DNA of 49,380 nucleotides from Vicugna vicugna (lineage: Eukaryota). Of the stretch, positions 38,298-49,380 are shown piece by piece. The notes under the pieces are model-generated. The model was given only the letters and a program-made list of their open reading frames with translations. It was not told where the DNA came from and searched no databases. Position 1 is the first letter of the stretch. Each line of letters begins with the position of its first letter. The stretch is from contig MU057984.1 in NCBI GenBank assembly GCA_013265495.1, forward strand, positions 434,001-483,380. The letters are read 5' to 3'. The translations under genes were made by a program, and so were the position numbers.

Positions 38298-39506
38298 CTT
38301 GCCACACTACTGCCAATTTCATCTCCTGTCATAGAATCTTTTGTAAATAATCTATTCTCATAACAGAATTACAGAAGCACAAAAATACTTTAATATGCTT
38401 TATTTCCATGGATGTTTATTTTTACAAATCAGAGTAAGCAACTCATCCCCATAATAATCTATTTCAGCAGTGATACCAGCACACAGATGTCAAGAAGTAA
38501 ATTGAATAAAGATACATTTCATGTACATTACTACCTGCTTTCATATTTCAGTCCTTCAAACAAAACAAAATTCTTCTTGGTCTTATTTCCCCTGGAATTT
38601 CTTATTATTAGCCATCAGTAACTAATTATATCTTGTCTTATTTCTATTTTTCCTCTTCCGGTGTCTTTTTTTTTAAACTTGAGTATTTATAGAAATCAAT
38701 ACATTCCCATCCATGTATTTTAACAGTATATATTTTTAGGTTACTGTCCTATTCTTTGGGTTTTTTTAAAATATAATATGGGTGTATTTTAAAGTCAAAT
38801 AATATCTAAAAGTACGTTTCCCAAAGCAGCACCTCATCTGATTGTGATGGATGGATGTGGGTTCCCAAGAGAATGCAAACTTGAGAGGTTTCATGATTTC
38901 CTCACCCATGTACTTCTCATCCCCTTAACAAAATTACAAGGCTACAACACATTTTTTACATAGAAACTCAGTGATACATCCAGACAATCAAGAAAATGAG
39001 TATCTTTGCAAAACCACTGAGAAAATTAATGAAGAGGGAAAACTTTGAAAGTTTTGTGATGTGTGCCATTCTATGAACTTTCCTAGATGTCATTCAAACA
39101 GAGGAATACCTCCAGTTACAAAATGATATTCAGATGAAGGAAAGATTTCAGTCCTCCCTGGCCAGTGTTGGCAAACAAAAATGCTTATGAATAGAAAAGG
39201 GGCAAGTGTCATTCAAATTTTCTCTCTTTTAATCCCTGAAGGACCATTCTTAGCTTCCTGTAAGAATAATTACAAATCCAGAATCACCACTGTGAAATGT
39301 CTCCCCAAAGGTTGGGTATCTTTAAAGGGCAGGCAAAAAGTTGATAGAAAGAAATACAATAGTGAACAATTTTCCCTCATTTTCAAGAGCTTTAGGACAA
39401 ACACAGAGCAGCAGAGATGAGAGCAGACTGACTAGCCTGGGCCACAGGGCAGGACATGGGCCAGGACAGCAGGAAAATTAAGGGTAAAAATAGGGAAAGA
39501 TCTAAA

Positions 39507-39697
39507 CTAGCACTGTCAAATGTAACTTTCTGTGATGGGAAATGCTCGGCACTATCCAAGAGTCCTATGTGGATACTGAGAGTTTGAAATGTGGGTATTT
39601 TGAGTGAGGAAATAAAATGTTAATTTTAATTAACTTCAGGTTTAATTTAAATATCCACATATGGCTAGTGTCTACCATATAAGGAAGTACAACTCTA
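39507..39697. mobile_element. MER3-like hAT-Charlie MITE
   Basis: gcactgtcaaatgtaactttctgtgatgggaaatg…aatttaaatatccacatatggctagtgtctaccatat. Confidence 0.8.
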
Positions 39698-39951
39698 TTC
39701 ACTGGTCCAGAAGATATGTGAGTGGCCCACAATAAAAGGAGGGTTTGATGACTTAGTGTAAACAAACGAGTCCAGTCAAGGATGCCAAATACAATTACCA
39801 TTGTCCACCAGCACTTTTGATTGTACCTAAATTGGTGCAATGTAGGAAAGGAAGGGTTACAACTAAGAATAAATCAAGTCCTTTATTGCTGATTTCAGAT
39901 TTTCCTGTGACATAGGTCAACCAAGAGAGCACCCACTGGCTATTTACATGT

Positions 39952-39976
39952 ACACACACACACACACACACACACA
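39952..39976. repeat. (CA)n microsatellite
   Basis: Directly visible. Confidence 0.95.
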
Positions 39977-40652
39977 GGCTAAGACATATAACTTACAAGC
40001 AGCTATCAATATAGTGGAGGACATCTGAAATGCTTGGCAACCAGATCATCAACTATCTCACTGGCACAGATTTAATGAGCAAAAATCTCAGAGGGTATGC
40101 TGTCTCCACAGGGTTTTTTATGTTCTTCTCATCGTTGAAATGAGTTATACTCCAATATACTAAGTAAATCGCCCTTTAAACCACCAAATAAATGTGGTGG
40201 TTTAAATTAAAAATCTTAAGCAATGTGTGGCACTCCAGAGAACTATAAATATATATATACACAATTAATTTTACTTTTATGATCAATTTGTAGAACCCTA
40301 GAAGACGCACAGCCTAAATAGTGAGAAACAGATTTACAAGTTTTTAATTGTAAAGTGTTCAATAGTATATTGGACTCAAAAATAAAAATATCAAATTGCA
40401 TATGTATCCTCCCAAAAAGTCATATAATGGATTTAAATTGGATTATATATTTTTTCTAATTTTTAGTGACTCTTAACCTAAATTATTTTGTTGATAAAGG
40501 ATTATATTAAAAGCATAGTACATTCTTCTATTGTATAAAAATATAAAATCACAAAATAGACTTATTAAGAAAAGATGTAAGTTGATCTCAGCATATTTAA
40601 GAACCTATAGATTAAATTACTGCTTAAAATTATTTATTTTCCCTACTGAAGA

Positions 40653-40670
40653 GTGTGCGTGTGTGTGCGT

Positions 40671-40708
<38 letters not shown>
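40653..40708. repeat. (TG)n microsatellite with GC interruptions
   Basis: Directly visible. Confidence 0.95.
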
Positions 40709-41024
40709 CTACCTCTGTGCACGAGAAAGATACAAATGTAAAGCACTGGGTAAGAGCATGACATAACAATGTTTCAAAATACTAACTTGTCACAAAAGGA
40801 TTATTTTGAGTTTCTGTTTTTATCAAAATTATAAGAGTGATTACTTAAGGAAATAAAACAAAAATCATCTTACAAAGTTTATTTTGAAAATCAGCATTCC
40901 CTTCCCTCCACTATTGTGTATTCACACACATACAAACATGCACAAAAATCCAGATGCAATCATTTTCAACTCTTAGTTCTTTCTTTTAGATTTACCTTAA
41001 CACAGCTAACGTACGACAATGTAG

Positions 41025-41655
41025 TGTCATAAAACAAACTTCAATACCTTTAAACTTATTTAAATAATACAAAGAATATTCTCTAATTGTAACAGAATTA
41101 CATTAGAAATCAAAAACAGAAGGAAATTTGGTAAATTCACAAATGTGTGGAAATTAAGTAACATCCCAAATAACTAATGGGTCAAAGAAGAAATTACATG
41201 AGAAATTGCAAAACATTTGATGAATGGAAAACACAACATACCAAAACTTTTGGGATGTGGGTAAAATAATGCTTAGAGGGAAATGTATAGGTGTAAAACC
41301 TATATAACAAATTAAGAAAAATCTCAAATCATTACCCTAACCTTCCACCTTAAAAAAAACAAGAAAAGTAAACTAAACTTAAAGAAAGCAGAAGGAAGTA
41401 CATAAAAGAAGATACAGTGGAAATGAATACAGTAAAGAATCAAAAACACTACAGAAAATCAACCAAAAGCTGAATCTTAAAACTATCAACAAAATGGAAA
41501 AACCTTCAGATAGGCTAAGGTGAAAAGAGAGATAATTTAGTTTAATAAAATCAGAAACTAAAGAGGGAACATTTTTACATAGCTTACTGAAATAAAAATA
41601 GTAAGAGAACACCATGAATAACTGTATGTCAGCAAATTAGATAACTTAGATAACA
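41025..41655 (+). mobile_element. Old L1 ORF2 fragment (end of endonuclease and linker)
   Basis: ttagaaatcaaaaacagaaggaaatttgg…acaacataccaaaactttgggatg…aaattagataacttagat. Confidence 0.85.
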
Positions 41656-41689
41656 AATAAATAAATAGAAAATTTGATCACCTTCACCC

Positions 41690-41985
41690 ATGGGTGAAGG
41701 TGGTCAAAAGTACCAACTTCCAGTTATAAGATAAATAAGTCCTGAGGATGTAATACACAGCATGGTAACTCTAGTTAACTACTGTATTTTATACCTGAAA
41801 GTTGCTAAGAGAGTAGATCTTACAAGAGCTCATCACAAGAAAAAAAAAATGTAATTATATGTGATGATGGCTGTTAACTAAACACATTGTGGTATTTATT
41901 TCACAGTACATACATATATCAAATCATGTTCCACACCTAAAACAAATGCATATTTTATGTCAATTATATCTCAATAAAAAATAAA
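41690..41985 (+). mobile_element. L1MA-like 3' end fragment
   Basis: atgggtgaaggtggtcaaaagtaccaacttccagttataagataaataagtcctg…gtcaattatatctcaataaaaa. Confidence 0.85.
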
Positions 41986-42939
41986 CACGGAAACTTGCCA
42001 GGAAAAAGTGTAGATAAAACTATTAAAATACAGATGAAGGTTGGGAGCGGGGGCAGGGGAGTAGGGAAGAACTACTGGCCTTAGTTTTCTCAAGGGAAGC
42101 TAATTCTAGCAAAACAGAAAGTTCCCAAGAGGGAAAATATAAATACTAAAGGAACATCAGTCCTATGAGAACGAGTAACAGGAAATTAAACCAACATTAA
42201 ATGGGCTCCATCCAAAGCAGGGCATAAGACTGAGGAAACTCATGAAATCCATATAAAATCTAAGAGGCAATACTGACAAAGAAAGAACTGAGGAATGAGA
42301 AGAGGAACTCCCCTCTTGTTGTGGATGTTATAAAATTTTACTAAGAGGTATCTATGCAAAGATTGAAAACGAAGAAGGCTGCCTGTGATTTGACTTGACA
42401 CAGAAATACTATCCATGTTTAAGAATCTGGATGGCAAAAACTCTGTATCAAGTAATATAATCTTGCCACTTCCAATTATATGAATTTGACTGAGTTGTCT
42501 TGTTCAGATATGTATTTATTTAATTCCAGGTATTTCTGAATATTCTAAAAAGTAATGACAATTTCTATCAATTTCTCTCCCTTCTGTGCAATGTATTATG
42601 GATTTTTATTTTATTAGTTTCTACAGATACCCTTGTAGATAATAATTCAAGGCTTAAGCATCTGGTAATTCTCCCTTAACTAAACTTAGTCCCAGAAGAA
42701 ACAAATTGTGACTGCAAATTTCTTCCTATGGATATGGAAAATGGAACTGCAAGGGGACTATTAAAAATGCTCATTGACATTTTGATGATGGCAACTTAAT
42801 TAAATTCAAGATTCTCAATGCTAATGACTCAGAGAAAAGTAATAAGCTTGAAGAATGGATGTGAAAATGTTGTGGCCATACATGCTATCTTCATCATGTT
42901 TGGATGCCTAACATGGTATCATGACAGGTCAGCAGGCTG

Positions 42940-43145
42940 AGGACGTAACATTTATGGTCTAAGCTGTACAGCTCATCAACAGCTAGCCTTGACAAGCCCC
43001 TAAACCTCACTGTGCATCAGCTTCTATAATTGGAAAAAAGAGAAAAACCTAAGGTCTCAATGCTTGTCTTATTGGATTTATATGGAAATTAAGTGACACT
43101 AGATATTACGGTACTTTATAAACCCTAAGTACTATGTAATTATCA
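42940..43145 (+). mobile_element. MIR-like relic
   Basis: ccttgacaagcccctaaacctcactgtgcatcagcttct…gtactttataaaccctaagtactat. Confidence 0.5.
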
Positions 43146-43199
43146 ATTAAACGACTGTTATTATAATTTTTAAAATAAATATAAAATTTCAATGGCTCT

Positions 43200-44960
43200 A
43201 ATAGAATAAATTTAGGAAAAATATGACAAAAAGCTGAGGACCAGCAAATAGACTGAATTTAGAAAAAATATGACAAAGAAAATAGATCAAATTGGTAACT
43301 TAGAAAAGCAAAGAGACTGAATTAGTAATTTACAAGAAATATGACAAAGAAAAGCTGAGGATCACATGACTTCAATGGTAGACTATATCACTAAATTTAA
43401 AGAAGAATTAATACAATCCTTCACAAATTCTTTCAAAAATAGAAGAGAGAATACTTCTCAACTCATTCTAAGCAGCCAATATTATCCTGATACCAAAACT
43501 AGACAGACAGCTAAAGGAAAGAAAACTAGAGACCAATATTCTTTATGAATATAGATGTAAAACTCCTCAAGAAAACAGTAAGAAACTGAATCCAGAAATA
43601 CATAAAAGGATTATACTCCATGATCAAGGGAGATTTATCCCAGGAATGTAAGGCTGATTAGGCTATAAAATTCAATCCATATAATGCTATTCTATGTTAT
43701 TAGAATAAAGAGCATAATCATGTGATCACCAAACTTGATGCAAAAAATTTTTTTGACAAAATCCAACATTATTTCATAATCAAAATACTCAACAAACTAG
43801 GAAAGGCAGAAAACCTTTTCAACCTGATAAAGGGAATTGACAAAAAAATTTTAAGTAACATTGCTAACATCATATATAAAGGTAAAAAATGTATGCTTTC
43901 ATCCCAAGATCAGGAACAAGATAAAGCTGTCTGCTCTTGCCACTTCTATTGAACATTGTACTGGAGATTCCAGAAATTAGGCAGTTAAAAAAAACCGAAA
44001 GGCATCCAGATTTGCAAGGGAGAAGTAAAATTTTGTTTATACACGGTATGTTCTTGCATATAGGAAATTGTAAGAAATTACTAAAACCCATAAGAACTAA
44101 TGAATAAGTTCAATATGGTTGCAGAATACTGTATCAATGTTTAAAATCAACTGCTTTTCTATATATGTGACATGAATAATTTGAAAATAAAATTAAGAAA
44201 ACAATTCCATTTACAAATAGCATAAAAATAATTACTTAGAAACAAATGAAATAGGAAATTTGTACACTGAAAACTACAAAACGTTGAAACAATAAAAAAT
44301 GTTAAAAAAAATTGTTGAAAGAAATTAAAGACCTAAATAAATGGAAAGACATGCTATGTTCACGGATTAGAAGATTTAATATTGTTAAGATAACACTGCT
44401 CCCCAAATTGATCTATAGACTCTTCATAATCCGCATCAAAATCCCAGCTAGATTTTTTTGCAGTAATTGACAAGGTGGCCCTAAAATTCATATGGAAATG
44501 CATGGGACACAAATTAGCCAAAAATACTTCTGAAGGAGAACAAAACTGGTGCATCACATTTTCCAATTAAAAAAACTACAAAGCTACTGTAATTGAGACC
44601 TTGTGTTACTGGAATAAGGACAGACATACAGAACAATGGAACAGAACTGAATGTCCAGAGATAAAATCTTATATTTCTTTGATTTTAGACAAGAGGGTGA
44701 AGGCAATTCAATGGGGCCAAGTATTTTCAGTAAATGGTCCTGGAACAAATGGACATCACAGGCAAAAGAATGAAATTTGACTCTCATATCACACCATACA
44801 CAAAAATAATTCAAAATGGATCACAGACCTAAATATAAAAGCTAATACTATAAAACTCTTAGAAGCAAACATAGAAATCTCATGACTTGGGTTAGGTAAT
44901 AGCTTCCCAAATATGACACCAAAAAGCACAAGTGACAAAAGAAAAATAGATACACTGAAT
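43200..44960 (+). mobile_element. Old L1 ORF2 (reverse-transcriptase region) remnant
   Basis: Reverse-transcriptase motifs: KFKEELIQ, LDAKNFFDKIQHYFIIKILNKLG and ctaaataaatggaaagacatgctatgttcacggattagaagatttaatattgttaagat. Frameshifted. Confidence 0.9.
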
Positions 44961-45044
44961 TTTTTTCAGGTGTGTCTTTCATATTGACAAATAATAATAC
45001 CCAGTGTGAAGTTGGGAAGAAAAGACAGCCTACCACACTGCGAT

Positions 45045-45125
45045 GTAGCTTTCTACTATAATCCCAAGGTCAAGAATAATGCAAGATACCTAGTAGGTAT
45101 CCAATAAACATTTGCTGAATGATGA
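45045..45125 (+). mobile_element. L2 3' end relic
   Basis: …tagtaggtatccaataaacatttgctgaatgatg resembles the L2 terminus. Confidence 0.5.
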
Positions 45126-45849
45126 TTATTGATGTAAACATAAATTGATACAAGCCTTGTGGTGACAATGTGAATATATGTAGCAATAATTAAAATGCAC
45201 ATAACCTTTCCTCATCAATTCCAAGTATCCAAAAGAAACAACAGAACAAGTTCTCAGAAATGAATGTGCTGGTTTAGTCACTGTATGTTCATTCATCCAC
45301 TGAACAGATAATGTGTGCCAAAAAAATACTAATGCTACAAATATAATGTTGAACTATATATGAAATTGTTTTCTTCCTTTGAATAACAATATGATTGATG
45401 ACATATAAATAGCTGACTAGGTAAAAAAAGTCTACATTTATTTTGGATTAAAATTTGTGTTAAATTAGTGTTAGACAGGTATTTCCCAACATAGGCTTAA
45501 AACATACTGCTCCATAGGAAATAAGATAAGGCAGGAAAAATAATTTTACCATATTTGAGAAATTCTAGACAACGTAATATAAGAAAAAATAGGTAAAAAT
45601 TATCATTATTAAAATGGAAGAGACAAACAATAATATTTGTAGTCTATTACAGTATTCCTGAAAAAAATCTTCGAAAGCAGGATAAAGTAATTTATGTTTA
45701 AACAGTTTTATACCTCATCAACATCATTTCAAAATATAAAACCATAACAATACATAAAACCCAATCATTTACACTGTACAAAGCAACACAGAAAAATCAC
45801 TTTGCAGTATTTCAAAAATTTGCTGAGTAGCATAAAATAATATAAAAGG

Positions 45850-46830
45850 CATATCTCATTTCTGAATATGAAGCTGAACTTCATACAGAAATCACTTCTC
45901 TCCAAATTTTGTATTAATTTAATGCAATATAAACCAAAATTACCATAAGTACTTTGGGTTATAAATTTTAGAAAATGATTCCCAAAGTTCATCGAGAAGA
46001 ATACAACAGAAAAATGGCCAATAATATTTTTAAAAGAAAAGAACAGAAGCAAGTTATCCTACCAGAGAGTTAAAAGAATTTTAATAGTACCAACCAGGCC
46101 AAATGGTAAATACATCATTACTGCTATACGGTTGTTTGTTATGTAAGAAGACTCAAAGAATTTTAAATGCAATTTAAAATTGACCTTTCACTTATTAGAC
46201 TGGCAGAACATTATACATATGTACATACATAGCTATAGTTGAACAAAGAAGACAGTGAGTAACATTTTACCCTGTTACTGGTAGATAATATAACCGGTGT
46301 AACCTTTCTGAAGAGCAATTTGACAACACATATCAACAGTCTAAAATATGTGTTTGACCCAATCATTCTACTTCTAGGAAGGTAAAATGAAAACATATAA
46401 TGTGAAAGCAGTTATCTACAAGGATGTTTCTTACAGTATCATTTAGACAACAAAAAAAGGGGAAAAAATCTTAAGTGTGGGATTGGTTACAAGGATTAGT
46501 TTAGTAACTATGACAGAATATAGTCATAAAATAATGCAATATACCATCTGTAAAAAATTAAATTGCATTTAGAATACTTAATGACACAAAAAGGAATACA
46601 TAACATTTTAATTGATACGCAGTAAAAATGCAGGTTAAAAATATAGTTCATAAAGTATCATTTCATTACAATTATAGATGTAGAAATAAAGGCATAGAGA
46701 TAGCAGGAAGAGTAAAAACAAAGATACCTCAAAATATAGTAAGAAGTCACTGCTATGTATTAGGATTTATATTATTTTTTCTCTATGCTCTTCTAATCTT
46801 CCTATTTAATTCCGACAATAGATTTTAATT
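45850..46830 (+). mobile_element. Very old L1ME-like remnant
   Basis: ctccaaattttgtattaatttaatgcaat…, ggtgtaacctttctgaagagcaatttgacaaca and tttgacccaatcattctacttctaggaa. Confidence 0.6.
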
Positions 46831-48554
46831 ATCAGGAGAATATCATTGATACGCAAGATTAAAATGTAAGTTGATGCTGAGAAAACTCACAAACAGGATA
46901 TGTGAGTTGAGCAGGCTTTGAAAGACATTAAAATACTGTAAAAATTAAAAAGATAAACATCCTCTGAATCTCTTCAAATAACTTGTTAATTATGCTTTTG
47001 TCTGAATGAGAAAGACAAATCACAGATTGTATTATTCAACAAATAATTTTCATACCTTGACAATATTTCATGTACTTCAAAATCCTTTGTTGAAAAGATA
47101 AAAGGAAAATCTAGAGAATACTTATATTCTGATATTATCTCATAGCCTAAATTAGGCCAAAGGGAATTATTCATAAGATGATTTTAAGAAAAAAGCTAAG
47201 ATGCTCTCTCTCTCCTCTGGATAATCTTTCTAAACAGTATCTATCTAAATGTCAATGGTTCATGAATGTAGATGATTAATTATTTTACAACAAACCTGTA
47301 GAAACCAAATATAGTATGGTATGTATCTTAATGTTATGTAACGCAACTTAATACAACTTGATGTTGTGTATAAGATACAAAACTATCATTTTCTTTAATA
47401 TCAGGAAAGTAGCCTTTGGTACCTCATCCACTACACCTGTCAAAAACTTTAATATACAAAAGAGTGAACTCTGTAGACAATATCATTCCATGTGAATCAT
47501 ATGTGCACAAAACCCACAAAACACATCCCAATGAATACACTGCACCTAAGAAGGCAAAATTAATCTTCAGCATTTTCTTAAATCTGAACATGTCCTTAAA
47601 CTTTCTTCACTTTTGCCTCCTAAAAGGTAAATAACAGCTATTATTGCTCCTAAACCAAAATTTCAATCTCAGTAAACTCTGTAGTCTACTAACCTTAATA
47701 AAAAATGGATTATTGACGATGTACTTTATTAGCATTCAGTACTTATTGTATTATTAATTCCTTCCACTTATTTCATTCTATTCTACACCTATTAGGTGCA
47801 AGGCATCATGCCAGTTATGCTGGAATATAAAACGTGTTTTGACTTAAGAGTTTTCTACTCTCAATGCCACGTAGCAGTGTGATTCTGGTTTTGGAGGATG
47901 CGGCAAAACGCTTTTCTGTATCACGGGCAGTGAGAAGGTCTCTCCCTTGGCACTTCTGTTGCCTCTAAAGCAAAAACGTATCAGACTGCCTCTGAAACTT
48001 TGCCAGTGGTACCTCTTCCTCCTGAGCACACTCCAGGAAAGGAGTTTGCTTTTCTTTGTTTGTTGGTTGGTTTTGTTGGTGTTTTAAATCACTAACCTCA
48101 ATGGACACTACAAAAAAACATTGTCATAGCAACCCTTCTTCACAGCATGTCTTTGGTGATTTCAGGTAGTGATTCCAAGAGCATCAAGCATATTCCACTC
48201 AAATTTAAGTACAAAGCATATGTTGGCTCAAATATGAACAATTTTTTCAGTTAGCCTCAACTTTTCTCTCCTTCACAACATGTCATACCTTGAATTTTCT
48301 AGAGACCATAACTGAGACCACAAGACCATGGGTTCCTTGTGTCTGCCCTCTGCACCTCTTGAGATACTCGGCAAGCATAAGCCAGACACCTCTAGCAATC
48401 ATTTAACTGAATTAAAGGGCATATCCAGGCATGCTCACAAGTTAGAAAAAGATGCCCTACAAAAGAGCTTGGGTGATATTTGATAGCTTCTTAGTTAGGA
48501 ATATCTCAACTCCACTACTCTCCAGTAACATGAGTAATAGAAAGCTGAACTTAC

Positions 48555-48649
48555 TTCTTTGGGAGAAAAAACCATGCCACACTCCAGAGATGTCTCTTTC
48601 TCTAACTCCAAAAAATATATGGCAGGAAATGCAGGGTCTGTGAATTTCC
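48555..48649 (-). CDS. CFAP47: CFAP47 internal coding exon (first in window), 95 nt, phase 1 to phase 0: (G)KFTDPAFPAIYFLELEKETSLECGMVFSPKE
   Basis: Minus strand reads acceptor ttgtcttacag|GG and donor GAA|gtaagt. The frame is open and joins exon 34609 in phase. The peptide resembles my recollection of mammalian CFAP47 (…YSLELEENTSLECSITFSPKEV…). Confidence 0.92.
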
Positions 48650-48881
48650 CTGTAAGACAAGAAATAGAACATATATATTTTTTAAAAGCCAGATACATAC
48701 CTATGATACCTTTGTTAAATGTGGAGATGAAACCTTGAGAAACTTTATCAGACAGAATGTTCATAACAATCAAGAGGCAGTTGCTGAAATATCTGTGTGG
48801 GGCTGCCTAAGGTTACTGGGTTAAAGAATCACTCTTAATGCCAAGATTCTATCGGCAAAACTGACATCTAAAAATGGAACA

Positions 48882-49380
48882 GAGGAGGGAGGCAAGATGG
48901 CGGAGTAGAAGGACGCTTGTAAGTCACCCTCTCCCACAAATACACCAAGACCCACATCTACAGACCCACTCAGCCAACCAGAGCACCTGCGGAACTCCGA
49001 CAGATCATCGCCCTCTTCAAAAGATAAAGACGCCAAAAATCTGGTAGGAGAAAAGGAAAAAAGAAAGAACAAAAGGCAAAGCAGCGCGGGACAGGTCCCG
49101 CGGGGAGGGAGCAGCAAAGGAGGACTGGCGCTTGCTCCCTGGGTCTTCCCTCTCCAACTGAGAGGCCAGCGGGACGGAGGGGGAGCCTCCGAGGCTCGGA
49201 TCTGTACAGAGCAGCCCTTGTCTGACACAACTAAGTTAAACGGGCACAGAGCGTCCCCCCGACACCCAGCCTGAGACGCGGGCCAGCAGTGGCGGGCAGG
49301 GCCAGGCTGCACAAGCCGGGCGGAGGACGGGGGCGGCTGCACGGAGGCAGCCCCGGGGGACTGCAAGGGGCTGGGCGCCG
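48882..49380 (+). mobile_element. 5'UTR of a young, probably full-length LINE-1 (continues past window end)
   Basis: Abrupt switch to CpG-rich sequence starting gaggagggaggcaagatggcggagtag. It is preceded by an A-rich target-site-like sequence ct|aaaaatggaaca. CpGs appear undecayed. Confidence 0.9.
48893..48903 (+). promoter_or_regulatory. YY1 binding motif of the L1 internal promoter
   Basis: CAAGATGGCGG lies within the first ~20 nt of the L1 5'UTR, the conserved position in mammalian L1s. Confidence 0.85.

Noticed and set aside
47423..47545. 123-nt segment with acceptor ttttgccttcttag and donor GAG|gtacca on the minus strand
   Set aside because: It has an in-frame TGA in the required phase 0 and a mediocre donor, and the flanking exons already join in frame.
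48882..49380. CpG island as a host gene promoter
   Set aside because: It starts abruptly with the L1 YY1 motif after an A-rich target site, so it is an L1 5'UTR.
1..49380. Prokaryote-type systems (CRISPR, operons) or an additional nested protein-coding gene
   Set aside because: The sequence is mammalian intron/exon DNA, and the remaining short ORFs map to repeats or lack splice and homology support.

Overview
This is AT-rich mammalian genomic DNA, most likely a camelid (alpaca/llama/camel), judged from three Vic-1-like tRNA-derived SINEs. The whole window lies inside one minus-strand gene that I recognise as CFAP47 (cilia- and flagella-associated protein 47, X-linked in human). Six internal coding exons (48555-48649, 34468-34609, 24156-24250, 17702-17861, 9691-9886, 864-1073; 898 nt in total) have canonical AG/GT sites. 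Their phases chain into one uninterrupted reading frame. The gene continues beyond both window edges. The introns are dominated by LINE-1 of several ages, MaLR/ERV LTRs, hAT MITEs, MIR/L2 relics and microsatellites, and almost all ORFs in the supplied track are repeat-derived noise. I see no clear new multi-gene system. The most notable structures are: (1) a young CpG-rich L1 5'UTR about 230 bp from a CFAP47 exon, with an antisense ORF and phase-compatible but weak splice donors (an ORF0-like fusion candidate); (2) a three-level nest in which a polyadenylated LTR-like R-region retrocopy sits inside an L1 and is itself interrupted by a solo LTR with a 6-bp TSD; (3) a young L1 with a 3' transduction; (4) a twin-primed inverted L1 and a fold-back palindrome at an L1 5' junction; (5) a 234-nt candidate poison exon. 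Repeat family names come from recalled consensus motifs, not a database search, and repeat boundaries are approximate unless a TSD is cited.
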